Made by a program: the position numbers and the translations under genes. Source: Candidatus Woesearchaeota archaeon (GTDB lineage: Archaea > Nanobdellota > Nanobdellia > Woesearchaeales > WJKB01). Taken from it: a stretch of 32,088 nt of DNA. The stretch covers positions 1 to 32,088 of the forward strand of contig WJKB01000107.1 in the NCBI GenBank assembly GCA_014729345.1, in the 5' to 3' direction. A model generated the notes under the pieces. It worked only from the letters and a program-made list of their open reading frames with translations. It was not told the origin of the DNA and did not search any database. Shown piece by piece: positions 1-7,635 of the stretch. The stretch's first letter is position 1, and every line of letters starts with the position of its first letter.

Positions 1-406
1 CACCTACAAGGGCTACCTTGTGGCCTCTTTTTTTGAAAAAATGAGCCAGCTTGCCTGCTGTAGTGGTCTTTCCTGAACCGAAAAGCCCAACCAGCATGAT
101 CTTGAAAGGCTTCTCTTTTATGTCAATCTTATAACCTTCGCCGCCAAGAAACTTCACAAGCTCCTCATAAACTACATTGACAAGATATTCCTGTTTTGTC
201 AGGGCTCCGGGGACCTCTTCCTTCAAGGCTCTCTCCTTTATCCTCTTGGTCAGCTCAAAGACCAGCTTGACGTTGACATCAGCCTGAAGAAGAGCCCTCT
301 GAATATCCTTGACAAGCTCATTGACAAGCTTCTCATCCACAAAGACAGCTTTAGCTATCTTTGACATGGTCTGTCTCAGTGAACTTCCAAGTTTTTCCAA
401 TACCAT
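1..406 (-). CDS. srp54: Signal recognition particle protein SRP54, N-terminal part; the gene runs off the window edge
   Basis: I translated the minus strand from the ATG at 404-406: MVLEKLGSSLRQTMSKIAKAVFVDEKLVNELVKDIQRALLQADVNVKLVFELTKRIKERAL...KPFKIMLVGLFGSGKTTTAGKLAHFFKKRGHKVALVG. This shows the SRP54 N-domain followed by the GxxGxGKT P-loop of the SRP GTPase. It is absent from the ORF track because the window truncates it. Confidence 0.85.
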   Translation of the reverse strand, partial: MVLEKLGSSLRQTMSKIAKAVFVDEKLVNELVKDIQRALLQADVNVKLVFELTKRIKERALKEEVPGALTKQEYLVNVVYEELVKFLGGEGYKIDIKEKPFKIMLVGLFGSGKTTTAGKLAHFFKKRGHKVALVG

Positions 407-525
407 ATGCCTGAAAAAGGGTGCAGGAGTTTATAAATCTTCTGGGTTATGTAGCAGGCCTTAGGGCAGGAACAAGGACTTCTTACAACAAAAATAATAA
501 ATATCAGGAGAGCTTTTGAAAGCAT
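407..525. promoter_or_regulatory. Divergent promoter region with two TATA-like boxes
   Basis: The palindromic TTTATAAA at 430-437 is centred about 27 nt from the srp54 ATG at 406. The AT-rich ATAATAAATAT at 494-504 is centred about 27 nt from the ATG at 526. This spacing fits archaeal leaderless transcripts. No experimental support. Confidence 0.4.
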
Positions 526-1170
526 ATGAAACTCAGATGGCTCGGCCATGCTTCATGGAAGATAAAGACCAAAAAGGGCACTGTGATATATATCGACCCG
601 TATGCAGGGGAATATGATGAGAAGGCTGACATCATACTGGTATCGCACCACCATCATGACCATGCAGGGGCTGAGCAGATAAGACAGGCAAGGGCTGATG
701 AGACAAAAGTGTTCACGACCAGGATCTACGCTGCTCAGATAGACGCGACCCCGATGGAGACGGGCCAGACCGTAGAGGTGAAGGATGTCAGCATACAGGC
801 AGTCCCTGCTTACAACGTCAGGAGGTTCAGGAATCCTGGAGAGCCATACCATCCCAAGGATGAAGCCCTGGGTTTCCTGCTGCTCATAGAGGACAAGGTG
901 GTCTATTTTTCAGGAGACACTGACATGATCCCTGAGATGGAAGAACTTGGGCAGGTAGATCTCGCTCTCCTGCCGGTAGGGGGAACATATACCATGGATG
1001 CGAAAGAGGCTGCACAGGCAGCTGAAAAGATAGGCCCCAGGAGAGCGATACCGATGCACTACGGAAAGATAGTCGGGAATATCGAAGATGCAGAATATTT
1101 CCAGGAGCTTGCAGAGAAGGAAGGCGTAAAGGTCAGGATAATGAAAGAGGGCGAAGAACTGGAGTTCTAG
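526..1170 (+). CDS. MBL-fold metal-dependent hydrolase (UPF0173-like)
   Basis: 214-aa ORF. It begins MKLRWLGHASWKI and carries the metallo-beta-lactamase motif VSHHHHDHAG (HxHxDH), later D/H ligands (FSGDTD, PMHY) and the size typical of archaeal UPF0173 hydrolases. Confidence 0.8.
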   Translation: MKLRWLGHASWKIKTKKGTVIYIDPYAGEYDEKADIILVSHHHHDHAGAEQIRQARADETKVFTTRIYAAQIDATPMETGQTVEVKDVSIQAVPAYNVRRFRNPGEPYHPKDEALGFLLLIEDKVVYFSGDTDMIPEMEELGQVDLALLPVGGTYTMDAKEAAQAAEKIGPRRAIPMHYGKIVGNIEDAEYFQELAEKEGVKVRIMKEGEELEF

Positions 1171-3086
1171 GCCTTCTCCTCAACTTCCTTGAGCAGATCC
1201 TTCACAAAATCATCGGTTTTCTTCTCTCCGAGGACCTCATTGTCCCTTGTCCTGACATTTACAGTGCCTGCTTTCTGCTCTTTCTCTCCCACCACAAGTA
1301 TGTAGTTTACCTTGGAAAGCTGGGCTTCCCTGACCTTCTTGGGCACTGATTCTGCCCTGAAGTCAGTCTCTACCCTCAGGCCCTGCTTCTTCATGTCATC
1401 AGCAAGCTTTTCAGCATAACCGTTGAACCTGTCAGCCACAGTAAGGATCCTCGCCTGGACAGGGCTGAGCCATGCAGGGAACTTGCCGGCGTAATGCTCT
1501 ATAAGTATACCCAGGAATCTCTCCACTGAACCGTAGATCGCGCGGTGCAGCATCACAGGCCTGTGCTTCCTGTTGTCGCTTCCCTCATAGGTGAGGTCAA
1601 ATTTCTCTGGCATGGAGAAGTCAAGCTGGATAGTGCCACACTGCCAGGTGCGCCCGATGGTATCCTTAAGATGGTAGTCTATCTTGGGCCCGTAGAAAGC
1701 ACCATCGCCCTCGTTTATCTGGTATTTCATCCTCTTCCTGTCAAGCGCTTTCTTGAGGGTGCTCTCAGCCTTGTCCCAGAGAGCCTGGGAACCCATGGCC
1801 TTCTCAGGCTTTGTGCTGAGCTCAACGTGATACTCAAAACCAAAGGTCTTGTATACCTCATCGACGAGATCGATAAGCTCGATGATCTGCTCCTCTATCT
1901 GGTCTTCGGTGCAGAACACGTGAGCATCATCCTGGGTAAATACCCTGACCCTGAAAAGACCTGAAAGGACCCCTGACAGCTCATGTCTGTGGACCAGGCC
2001 GAACTCTCCTGCCTTTATTGGCAGATCCCTGTAAGAATGCGCCTTTGTCTTGTATATCAATAGATTGCCCGGACAGTTCATGGGCTTTACTGCAAAATCC
2101 TGCTCATCTATGTTTGTGAAATACATGTTCTCCTTGTAATGATCCCAGTGGCCTGACTGCAGCCAAAGGCTCTTGTTCAGTATTATAGGAGTCTTGTTCT
2201 CCTCATAATCCCTCTCCCTCATCTTCTCCCTCATGAAGTCTACCAGAGTGTTCCAGATAAATGTGCCTTTTGAATGGAAGAAGGGCATGCCAGGCGCTTC
2301 GTCATGCATCGAGAAGAGATCCATCTCTTTTCCGATCTTCCTGTGGTCGCGTGCCTCAGCCTCCTTTATCCTTGCAAGGTGCTGCTTGAGCTCTTTCTTG
2401 TCAGGAAAAGCGACCCCGTATATCCTCTGGAGCTGCCTGTTCGATGCATCCCCTCTCCAGTACGCGCCTGCTACCTTTGTAAGCTTGAAAGCCTTGATCT
2501 TTCCGGTAGAGGGCACATGAGGGCCTGTGCATAGGTCTATGAACTCCCCGTGCTTGTACATGGAGACGGTCTTCTCTCCCTGGGCCTTCAGGTCCTCAAG
2601 CATCTCGACCTTGTAAGGCTCCTTGAGATCTTTCTCTATCTTTATAGCATCATCCACAGGGATCTCGCTCCTCTGGAACTCCTGGTCCTCCTTCACGACC
2701 TTTTCCATCTCTTTCTCTATCTTCGGAAGGTCTTCAGGGGTAAAAGGTTCGTCCCTGTCAAAATCATAGTAGAAGCCGTCCTCGACAGCAGGTCCGATGG
2801 TAAGTTTTACATCAGGGTAGAGCCTTTTCACTGCCTGCGCAAGAACATGGGCAGAAGAATGCCAGAAGACATTCTTGCCCTCGTCATCCTTGAAGGTGAG
2901 TACAGCAAGCTTGGAGTCTTTTGATATGGGGACGTCGAGGTCCGTTGTCTCATCATCCAGTTTTGCAGCGACAGCTGCCCTTGCGAGGCCCTCCCCTATG
3001 TCCTTCTTGACGATATCTATAGGAGTGATGCCTTTCTCATACTGTTTCTCTGAACCGTCCGGAAAACTTATCCTGATTTTTGCCAT
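1167..3086 (-). CDS. thrS: Threonyl-tRNA synthetase (full length with TGS, editing/SAD, class II core and anticodon-binding domains)
   Basis: The track ORF is 1167-3104. I prefer the ATG at 3086 (MAKIRISFPDGSEKQYEKGITP, a TGS domain start) because AAGGTGAG lies 6 nt upstream of it. Supporting motifs are HSSAHVLAQAV (SAD HxxxH), FRVRVFTQDDAHVF and GPKIDY class II core segments. The stop overlaps the MBL gene stop at CTAG (1167-1170). Confidence 0.92.
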   Translation of the reverse strand: MAKIRISFPDGSEKQYEKGITPIDIVKKDIGEGLARAAVAAKLDDETTDLDVPISKDSKLAVLTFKDDEGKNVFWHSSAHVLAQAVKRLYPDVKLTIGPAVEDGFYYDFDRDEPFTPEDLPKIEKEMEKVVKEDQEFQRSEIPVDDAIKIEKDLKEPYKVEMLEDLKAQGEKTVSMYKHGEFIDLCTGPHVPSTGKIKAFKLTKVAGAYWRGDASNRQLQRIYGVAFPDKKELKQHLARIKEAEARDHRKIGKEMDLFSMHDEAPGMPFFHSKGTFIWNTLVDFMREKMRERDYEENKTPIILNKSLWLQSGHWDHYKENMYFTNIDEQDFAVKPMNCPGNLLIYKTKAHSYRDLPIKAGEFGLVHRHELSGVLSGLFRVRVFTQDDAHVFCTEDQIEEQIIELIDLVDEVYKTFGFEYHVELSTKPEKAMGSQALWDKAESTLKKALDRKRMKYQINEGDGAFYGPKIDYHLKDTIGRTWQCGTIQLDFSMPEKFDLTYEGSDNRKHRPVMLHRAIYGSVERFLGILIEHYAGKFPAWLSPVQARILTVADRFNGYAEKLADDMKKQGLRVETDFRAESVPKKVREAQLSKVNYILVVGEKEQKAGTVNVRTRDNEVLGEKKTDDFVKDLLKEVEEKA

Positions 3087-3162
3087 TTGTCTCACCTTTT
3101 GCATGTTTTTGGTCTTTTACCTATAAAAATCTTACTGTTGTCCTGCTTTTGCATATCTGAAG

Positions 3163-4422
3163 TCATAAAACCCTCATCAGGTTGCTTGACCTGACAAAAT
3201 CAAAAGAGCTTATCTCTTTGAATGCATCCTGCATGTTCTTCTCATCTGTCTTATGCACTGTTATTATCACAGGAAGGACATGGCTGTCTGTCTGCTTCTG
3301 GATCAGGGACATGACCGAGATATTATGCTTTGTCAGGACAGTGGTGATTTGCATAAGGATGCCCGGCATCTCATCAACATCAAACCTGAGGTAATACTCG
3401 GTCTTCAGATCATCGATGCTCTGGATCTCATATCTGTCATACTCGTAAAACATCTCCCCTCTCCTGGCAACATCGATGATGTCAGCCACGACAGTGGAAG
3501 CAGTAGGCAGCTGACCGGCCCCTTTTCCGTAGAAAAGCTGCTCCCCGATATTCTCTCCGGTCACCAGCACTGCGTTTATCTCGTCCCTGATACTGGCCAG
3601 TATGTGGCTCTTTGGGATTAGCGCAGGATGGACCCTCATCTCAAGCCTGCCTTTTTCCTGCCTGGCTATGGCAAGGAGCTTGATCTCATATCCCATCTCA
3701 CATGCATATGAGATATCCACAGGCCGGATACCTGTTATGCCCTCATAGTATATGTCATCAAGACTGACATCTGTATTGAAAGCTATCCTGCTGAGGACTG
3801 CAAGTTTCTGGGCAGCATCGTCTCCGCCGACGTCCAGGGAAGGGTCTGCCTCTGCAAAGCCGAGCTTTTGGGCCTGCTTTAGGGCATCCTTGTAATCAAG
3901 CCCCTCCCTGCTCATCCTTGTAAGGATAAAGTTGGTAGTGCCGTTGATGATGCCTATTATGGAGATTATCCTGTCTGAGATGAAACTGACATCAAAAGAC
4001 CTGATTACAGGTATGGATCCTGCAACAGCTGCCTCGTAGTTTATCTTTACCTTGTTGATTTCAGCAAGCCTGAAGAACTCCTCCCCATGCTTTGCCATGA
4101 CAGCCTTGTTTGCGGTGACAACATGCTTGCCTGCCTTGAGAGCTTTTTGGATAAGGTCCCTGGCAGCATCAACCCCTCCTATAAGCTCCACGACTATATC
4201 TATCTGGGGATCATCTACAAGCCTGTTGTAGTCATCAGTCATAAGATAAGCATCTGTCGGCAGGGTCCTTTTTTTCTGCATGTCTTTAATGCAGACAGAC
4301 CTTATGTCCAGCTCAATACCTGTCTTTTTCAGGATCTTATCCCTGTTGCTTTCGATGATCCTTGCTACTCCCTGGCCGATGTTTCCCAATCCAGCTATGC
4401 CTATGCTTATTTTTCTGTTCAT
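3163..4422 (-). CDS. hom: Homoserine dehydrogenase with C-terminal ACT domain
   Basis: 419 aa. It has an N-terminal Rossmann motif IGIAGLGNIGQGV, a catalytic region (GIINGTTNFILT, LGFAEADPSLDVGGDDAA) and a C-terminal ACT-like segment YYLRFDVDEMPGILMQITTVLTKHNISV. GAGGTGA lies 9 nt upstream of the ATG. Confidence 0.92.
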   Translation of the reverse strand: MNRKISIGIAGLGNIGQGVARIIESNRDKILKKTGIELDIRSVCIKDMQKKRTLPTDAYLMTDDYNRLVDDPQIDIVVELIGGVDAARDLIQKALKAGKHVVTANKAVMAKHGEEFFRLAEINKVKINYEAAVAGSIPVIRSFDVSFISDRIISIIGIINGTTNFILTRMSREGLDYKDALKQAQKLGFAEADPSLDVGGDDAAQKLAVLSRIAFNTDVSLDDIYYEGITGIRPVDISYACEMGYEIKLLAIARQEKGRLEMRVHPALIPKSHILASIRDEINAVLVTGENIGEQLFYGKGAGQLPTASTVVADIIDVARRGEMFYEYDRYEIQSIDDLKTEYYLRFDVDEMPGILMQITTVLTKHNISVMSLIQKQTDSHVLPVIITVHKTDEKNMQDAFKEISSFDFVRSSNLMRVL

Positions 4423-4454
4423 CTTCTCAATTCACCTCAGAATCTGGGATATTG

Positions 4455-4486
4455 AACAATGAACAGCTTACGCTGTAGTCATTGTT
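4455..4486 (-). promoter_or_regulatory. Interrupted 13-bp hairpin in the hom 5' leader; the uORF stop codon sits in its loop
   Basis: The minus strand reads AACAATGA-CT-ACAGC-GTAA-GCTGT-TCATTGTT. The 3' arm contains CTGTTCAT (4460-4467), an exact complement of ATGAACAG, the first 8 nt of hom (4415-4422). Confidence 0.5.
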
Positions 4487-4557
4487 GTCGTGGTTGTGGA
4501 ACTCAAAAGTATCTTAAGAAACTCTTCTATGGTCCTGCCTATCTGTTCCACTATCAT
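4468..4557 (-). CDS. Candidate leader peptide (29 codons) with a C-terminal threonine run
   Basis: My translation is atg ata gtg gaa cag ata ggc agg acc ata gaa gag ttt ctt aag ata ctt ttg agt tcc aca acc acg aca aca atg act aca gcg taa, giving MIVEQIGRTIEEFLKILLSSTTTTTMTTA. The ATG lies about 28 nt downstream of the centre of a TATA box, so the transcript would be leaderless. It sits upstream of hom and thrS. It is too short to appear in the supplied track. Confidence 0.4.
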   Translation of the reverse strand: MIVEQIGRTIEEFLKILLSSTTTTTMTTA

Positions 4558-4581
4558 AACGATAAAGGAAAGCAGGTGTTA

Positions 4582-4589
4582 TATATAAA
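4582..4589 (-). promoter_or_regulatory. TATA box (TTTATATA on the minus strand) for the uORF/hom transcript
   Basis: The minus strand reads CAAAATATTTATATATAAC. The box centre is about 28 nt upstream of the uORF ATG at 4557. The same spacing occurs at several other genes in this window. Confidence 0.45.
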
Positions 4590-4749
4590 TATTTTGGTCA
4601 GGACAAAAGAAAATGAGAGCGTCTGTCCGAAACCATGGTCTAGAAAAAGATTTGTTCACTACTCTTGAAAAGCAAAATATTTAAAAACATCAGACAGGTA
4701 CAAAGAACAGAATCATAATACTAAGGATAATATTTTGGAGAGTGATAAT

Positions 4750-5706
4750 ATGACAAGAAACATAACGATAAGAGGAAGCGTACCCCCTTTGCTGACAATG
4801 CTCAATGAAGATATGAGCATGGATGAGGATGCGCAAAGGGAACTGTTATGGCATGTCTGCACAAGAAACAAACCTTACGCTGTGTTTGTCAACGGCACCA
4901 CAGGAGAGTTCAGGAGCCTGCGGGTAGGGACCCAGCTAAGGAACCTGGAAGTCTGCATCCAGGAAGTCAGAAGGATCAACCAGATGCAGGGATCAAAGAT
5001 ATATGTATTTACAGGAATAGGCGTCCCTGCAGCAGATGAGGGTGAAGCAATAGAATTTACAGTCAAACAGGCACAAGCCTACAGGGACATGGGAGCAGAC
5101 GGACTGGTGATCCCATTTGCCCATTTCGTGTCGCATGAGGGCATTCCGGACGCGATGTCAGCCCTAAACAGCCTGGACATAGCTCTGATAGGCTATGACA
5201 ACCCTGCATTCGGGTACAAGGTCAGCGATAGTATGGCATGGGATTTCTCTTTCTATGAGAATGCAAGAGCTTTCAAGGACTCAAGCGGAACCATGGACAT
5301 AGCAATCACGCTCAGCGACAGGTATCCTGATGTCACAGTGCTCACAGGAGACGAAGGAAAGATAGCAGAAGCAGCGAGGAATGGAAGCGTAGGACATGTG
5401 GCAAGCATGGCAAACCTTGTCACAAAGCTGAATGATATAGACTATAGAGAGGATTTGCAGAAGTCTCAGAAAGAGGTGAATGAGCTGAAGAGCATATGCC
5501 ATCCTTACGGCGATCCAGGCGGAGCGATATACATCTACAAATGGGCTCTTGGGAAGATCTATGGCATAGGCCAGCTCAGGGATGACCACCCAGTGATCTC
5601 AGACCCGCAACTGCAGCCTGCAGACAAAGGAAAAGCTGACGGGCTGGATGTGACTCTCAGTCAGCACAAGGCTTTCATGCTTGAACTGATACAGCCTTAC
5701 ATCTGA
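4750..5706 (+). CDS. DapA/NanA-family class I aldolase (dihydrodipicolinate synthase-like)
   Basis: The track ORF starts at a TTG at 4735. I prefer the ATG at 4750, which is preceded by GGAGAGTGA. Family motifs are VNGTTGEF (GTTGE), GYDNP (the YxNP tyrosine motif) and FKDSSG (Schiff-base lysine). The Arg that follows the YNVP motif in genuine DHDPS is not evident (YDNPAFGYK). Confidence 0.7.
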   Translation: MTRNITIRGSVPPLLTMLNEDMSMDEDAQRELLWHVCTRNKPYAVFVNGTTGEFRSLRVGTQLRNLEVCIQEVRRINQMQGSKIYVFTGIGVPAADEGEAIEFTVKQAQAYRDMGADGLVIPFAHFVSHEGIPDAMSALNSLDIALIGYDNPAFGYKVSDSMAWDFSFYENARAFKDSSGTMDIAITLSDRYPDVTVLTGDEGKIAEAARNGSVGHVASMANLVTKLNDIDYREDLQKSQKEVNELKSICHPYGDPGGAIYIYKWALGKIYGIGQLRDDHPVISDPQLQPADKGKADGLDVTLSQHKAFMLELIQPYI

Positions 5707-5856
5707 TGAGCCTGCCTAGCAAAGGCTGGCGTAGTGTCAAGAAGATACTGTGTGTCTCCAGCAGAGATTTAAATCATAAACTTTTTATACTACTTTTTAT
5801 ATTTCTTTCCTTGATAGTCAATACAAGCATTAAAACACAGGAAAAAGAGGTAGTTG

Positions 5857-7635
5857 ATGGTAGATTTCGCTAACCCACTAGGATGGTACGCTTTTTTAGC
5901 ACTTATCCCTTTCCTGATAATATACCTTATAAGGCCCAGGCCCCAGGACAAGACAATACCCTCCCTGATGTTCCTCATGAAAAGCCCTGGGATGAAAAGA
6001 AGGTCATCCTTCTTCAGGAACTTTCTCAAGAACATACTTTTCCTGATACAGCTGCTGGCGCTTCTCGGGCTCGCTTCTGCAGTGATGGCACCCTACACAG
6101 AGATGCCCATCAACGTTTCCTCAGAAGACTCAGTAATAATAGTGGATGTCAGCGCAAGCATGCAGACAGAAGAGGGAAGGTCCTCGAGGTTCGAGAGGGC
6201 TGTAGAGGAGGCAGATTCGCATTTCGGAAGCAGGACTTCGCTAATACTTGCAGGAAACGTGCCTTATATAGCCCTTGAAAAAGGAAGCCAGGGAGATGCA
6301 GCAGATATACTTGACACAGTAGAGCCTACTGACAGCCTTTCAAACATAGGGGATGCCATGCTCACCTCAAAAGAGATACTGGGCAGGGGCGGGAAAGTGA
6401 CAGTGATCTCAGACTTCATACAGACCCATGGGCCTGATATGTTGGTGGCAAAAAGGTCCCTGACATCATCAGAGACCGCAGTGGAGTTCGTGGACATCAG
6501 CGAGGAAGCGAAAAACGTAGGGATCATAGGCTTTGTCCCAGGAAGGTACAGGTCTGTGGCAAGGATCAAGAACTTCAACAAGGAGCCTGCAGAGCTAGGG
6601 ATCAGGCTGGTGCAATGGGGAAGCACAAAGTACAGCGAGGAGACCACCATAGAGCCTGAAAGCGTGGAGGTGTTCGAATTTGAGACCCTTCCAGGCAGGT
6701 CGCAGCTTGAGATATCAGTAAGCGACGAAGACGACGATCTTGAGGTAGACAACATGATATACATAGGCTCCCCAAACAAGAAAAGGATGAGCGTGCTTCT
6801 TATCACAAACAATCCGCAAAGCTATCTCAAGACAGCTCTTGAATCTTCAAAGGTCATACAGCTGGAGACAGCCGAGCCGCCCATAATACCGAGGATAGAC
6901 CATGACGTGATAATAATGGACCAAGTCCTCAGGGATGAAATGATCACAGGAACCTTCAGGGAGATAGCTGCAAGAGTGCAGAACGGCACCTCTTTCATAA
7001 TCAAGGCGCAGGACAACCTGATGGATTTCACCAGGCTTGACACAAACAGTCTTTCTCCTGCATCCCTGTCAGGCATCGCCAATGATACAGAGGTACATGT
7101 AAGGATATACAACCAGTTCACCAAAGACATAGATTTCAGGCCGACAAGAAGGCATTTCACCGCAGCCGCCCTCAATCAAAGCATAGTGGTAGCTGCTGCA
7201 GACGATGACAGCCCGCTCATCGCATTCAAGGAATTCGGAGCAGGCAAGACAGTGTATTACGGGATCTTTGACGAGGACTCTGAGTTCGTAAATATCCCCT
7301 CATATCCTATCTTCTGGGAAAACCTGATCTCGTTCCTCACAGAGACTGAAGACGTAAGAGACTACAACAGGCTCATAGAGGAAAATCCCCTCATAGTCGA
7401 GACAGGATTCCACGACGCAGACGGCAAGGTGGCTGCGTTCAATCTTGTGAATGAGAAGGAATCCTCTGTAAACAAGGGGAGGAAGGAGCAGAAGCTAAAG
7501 GAGGATACAGCTGAGTTCGCGGTGGAAGAGTCAGCAGGGACCAAAAGACTGCCGCTCGACACATACCTGCTCATAGCGGTCTGCATCATCCTGCTTGCAG
7601 AGATAGTATACGTCAAGATGAGAGGTGACCTATGA
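5857..7635 (+). CDS. BatA-like membrane vWA-domain protein (aerotolerance-regulator N-terminal double-TM domain plus vWA)
   Basis: ATG at 5857, with AAAGAGG 7 nt upstream; the track starts at a TTG at 5854. The N-terminus (FANPLGWYAFLALIPFLIIYLIRPRP...SLMFL) is typical of BatA_N. There is a MIDAS motif (VIIVDVSASMQ, DxSxS) and a C-terminal TM (LLIAVCIILLAEIVYV). Confidence 0.75.
   Translation: MVDFANPLGWYAFLALIPFLIIYLIRPRPQDKTIPSLMFLMKSPGMKRRSSFFRNFLKNILFLIQLLALLGLASAVMAPYTEMPINVSSEDSVIIVDVSASMQTEEGRSSRFERAVEEADSHFGSRTSLILAGNVPYIALEKGSQGDAADILDTVEPTDSLSNIGDAMLTSKEILGRGGKVTVISDFIQTHGPDMLVAKRSLTSSETAVEFVDISEEAKNVGIIGFVPGRYRSVARIKNFNKEPAELGIRLVQWGSTKYSEETTIEPESVEVFEFETLPGRSQLEISVSDEDDDLEVDNMIYIGSPNKKRMSVLLITNNPQSYLKTALESSKVIQLETAEPPIIPRIDHDVIIMDQVLRDEMITGTFREIAARVQNGTSFIIKAQDNLMDFTRLDTNSLSPASLSGIANDTEVHVRIYNQFTKDIDFRPTRRHFTAAALNQSIVVAAADDDSPLIAFKEFGAGKTVYYGIFDEDSEFVNIPSYPIFWENLISFLTETEDVRDYNRLIEENPLIVETGFHDADGKVAAFNLVNEKESSVNKGRKEQKLKEDTAEFAVEESAGTKRLPLDTYLLIAVCIILLAEIVYVKMRGDL

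Noticed and set aside
3104-3104. Extended starts from the ORF track (thrS ATG 3104, dapA-like TTG 4735, BatA-like TTG 5854, MoxR 11504, DUF4349 GTG 17437, dus GTG 15503)
   Set aside because: In each case a downstream ATG has a better SD or TATA context and matches the usual family N-terminus. The extended versions remain possible, and the thrS and dus starts are the least certain.
1545-3126. Plus-strand ORFs antisense to thrS (1545-1964, 2233-2534, 2550-2924, 2875-3126)
   Set aside because: They lie antisense to a confidently identified aminoacyl-tRNA synthetase and have no independent coding signals.
4459-4668. 69-aa plus-strand ORF with a Cys-rich N-terminus (CSHCCRGCG) in the hom/dapA-like intergenic region
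   Set aside because: It has no RBS or TATA at a suitable distance. It runs antisense to the better-supported promoter, uORF and hairpin arrangement of hom, and its composition looks like chance translation of AT-rich spacer.
5790-6035. 81-aa minus-strand ORF across the BatA-like gene start
   Set aside because: It lies antisense to the conserved BatA N-terminal domain region and the AT-rich promoter, so it is a likely chance ORF.
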